A DNA stretch of 64,000 nt, the filler included, from Circinaria calcarea (Eukaryota): the NCBI GenBank assembly GCA_051942165.1. It is 31 parts of 31 records of this genome, joined end to end, with 100 filler letters (N's around TTAATTAATTAA, not from the genome) between each part and the next. Parts side by side here need not be neighbours in the genome. Positions count along the whole stretch, not along the records: positions 62,162 to 64,000 come from JAVECS010004168.1; 30 more parts are not named here. One strand, written 5' to 3'. The position numbers and the translations under genes are program-made. A model generated the notes under the pieces. That model ran no database searches and was not told the origin of the DNA. It saw only the letters and a program-made list of their open reading frames with translations. This document shows positions 62,296-64,000 of this stretch, in pieces; the stretch's first letter is position 1, and each line of letters begins with the position of its first letter.

Positions 62296-64000
62296 CTAAG
62301 CCTGGCCCACACTCGCCGCTCTCCTCCTCTTCTGCAGTGAACCTCTTGATCCGACCCTCTTGATCTCACGGAAATCCCCGTCTAGAGGCTTCCTCCGCCG
62401 TACCAGCTGGTATCCGCGGTCCAACTCAACTTCCACCGCACATCTCACCTTCAAAGCCCCAATGGCAGGCCATACGCTCCTTTCCCCACGCAGTATCCAG
62501 TAATCCAATGACTCCTTGGTCGGGATTTCAAGTAGCTTTAAGAAATCGCTTGGGCTTAAGTCCGGGACGAGCGTCAAGCCCGCTCCAGGTATGGTTTCAT
62601 CGATGAGCAATCGACGCGCAGTAGCTGGTAAGAGCCCAAAGGAATCCAGCTGATTGAGACGATGGTGTATCTCCAGTGTAACAAGTCGGAGTAGAGGTGT
62701 AACAAGTCCTTTGGGACCAGCTTGACTAGGGTTGGGATGATGAAGGTCTGAGCGGAGAAAAGGGGCTATGTACGGCCGAGCTTGGGAGACGACGAAGTGA
62801 TTGACGTTGAAGAGTTCGGCGATGCGCAATAGAGGGGAGTCGCGGTCTTTGTAGCTCGCTTGCCTCCAGGAGCGGAATGTGATCTCTTGGGCGGAGGCCC
62901 AGGGAACAATGGCCCCAGTTTCGTCCTTGCATTTAAGGATTACAGGCGAGTAAAAAGTGGTTGATGAAGCATTCGAAGCTAGTGCAGCAGACCATATGAG
63001 CTACACATCTGTTAGTGTTAAAGAAGGTATAGAACGTACGAAAGGTCTAAAAGGCATGAAAAATGTTATATTATAAAAGGTATTTACACGACAAAAAAGT
63101 GTTAAAAGTATAAAAGGCGTTAAACGTATAAAAGCAGTCTGGACTTACTACGTTGGGTGCTGTGAGGTAGTTGAGCAGATTCGGCACACCGCCACGTCCA
63201 GAAGTGGCAACGGTGATGTTCAAGACTCTCTTGGTCCTTGCGTACGCCTCTTCAAACGTCAAGTCTCCAACATTGGCTCTCACACAATCCTCAAGAACAT
63301 TGACATCCAGAAAGTAGCCTTCCTTGAGATACCTTTTGGTCCGGCGAGCCAACGTCTCCAAGAAGCTGCTTTGACTGTAAGGTAGTAGAGCCTCGCCTTC
63401 CTCTGAAGTTTTCACGTTTGCCCTATGCCGAGAGAATGCGCTAAGGTCAATACCGTCGCCATTGAGGAAGTCTAGAAGCTCATCCTCCGTATGGATCCCC
63501 ACAAGTGCTGCAATCAATGCTCCTGTGGCTGTGCCAGTGATGATCCTGGGCAATAGACCGCGGAGATGGAGTGCCTTGACAACCCCAAGATGGCAGATGC
63601 CAAAGATGGCTCCGCCTTGGAGAACCAAGGTGGACCGCCCAAACGCCTGCCTGGTATCATGAAGCAAATCCAATTTTGCCTGCGACGTCCATCCACTCTC
63701 GTGGCTCTGTGTTGTGGGCAACGCTGTCACATACTCTATTGCCAATGCGACCTGAGTGATATAATCCTCGATCAGCAACTTTGTTCCTGCGTAAGCTCGA
63801 GTGAATAGTCGGGGCGCGGTGATATTTCCTAGATTCCGGACCAAGCCTGAGCGTAGAAGATTGACCAGACCGAGGACATCTTCGTCCTCTCTCATCTCAA
63901 TGATTGCTTGTAGACGCTCATGGATGAGACGGTAATCATAGTATTTGCTGGTTGCATTCTGACGCCAGATATCTGTCCCAAGCAGCTCATCCAGCTGATA
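62296..64000 (-). CDS. Patatin-domain triacylglycerol lipase-like protein (Tgl3/4/5 family), 5'-truncated
   Basis: RQAFGRSTLVLQGGAIFG..HLGV, GDLTFEEAY, LLNYLTAPNV|LIWSA, ELFNVNHFVVSQ; intron 63001-63148. Confidence 0.92.

Overview
This is not one locus. It is a pseudo-scaffold of 31 unrelated contigs of about 1.96-1.99 kb, sorted by decreasing length and joined by an artificial 100-nt linker (N44-TTAATTAATTAA-N44, stops in all six frames). Adjacency across linkers has no biological meaning. The DNA comes from a filamentous ascomycete (Pezizomycotina): short GT-AG introns with CTAAC/CTGAC branch sites, RIP-like AT-rich repeats and typical fungal genes. Recognisable, mostly truncated genes include RAD10/ERCC1, a TRK transporter, a SAM methyltransferase, two P450s, YHM2 next to citrate synthase, SWS2, palA/RIM20, ALG11, BMT5, a ferric reductase, CWC22, ATP1, a Zn2Cys6 factor, EPT1/CPT1, a KpsF/GutQ isomerase, the Rieske protein, SUA5, QTRT2, MRPL10 and a TGL3-like patatin. 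The best within-contig observations are: (i) two copies of a vWA + G/P/Q/Y-rich gene with a mosaic, strongly diverged exon core; (ii) a citrate synthase whose C-terminal AKL (PTS1) unit is tandemly amplified; (iii) a 217-bp Mutator-type MITE with perfect 55-bp TIRs and a 9-bp TSD upstream of the Rieske gene; (iv) a full-length, RIP-like mutated Tc1 element; (v) a perfect TTAGGG-containing palindrome next to an 18-bp array. I cannot support a multi-gene novel system from this window. All family calls are by eye, without database searches.
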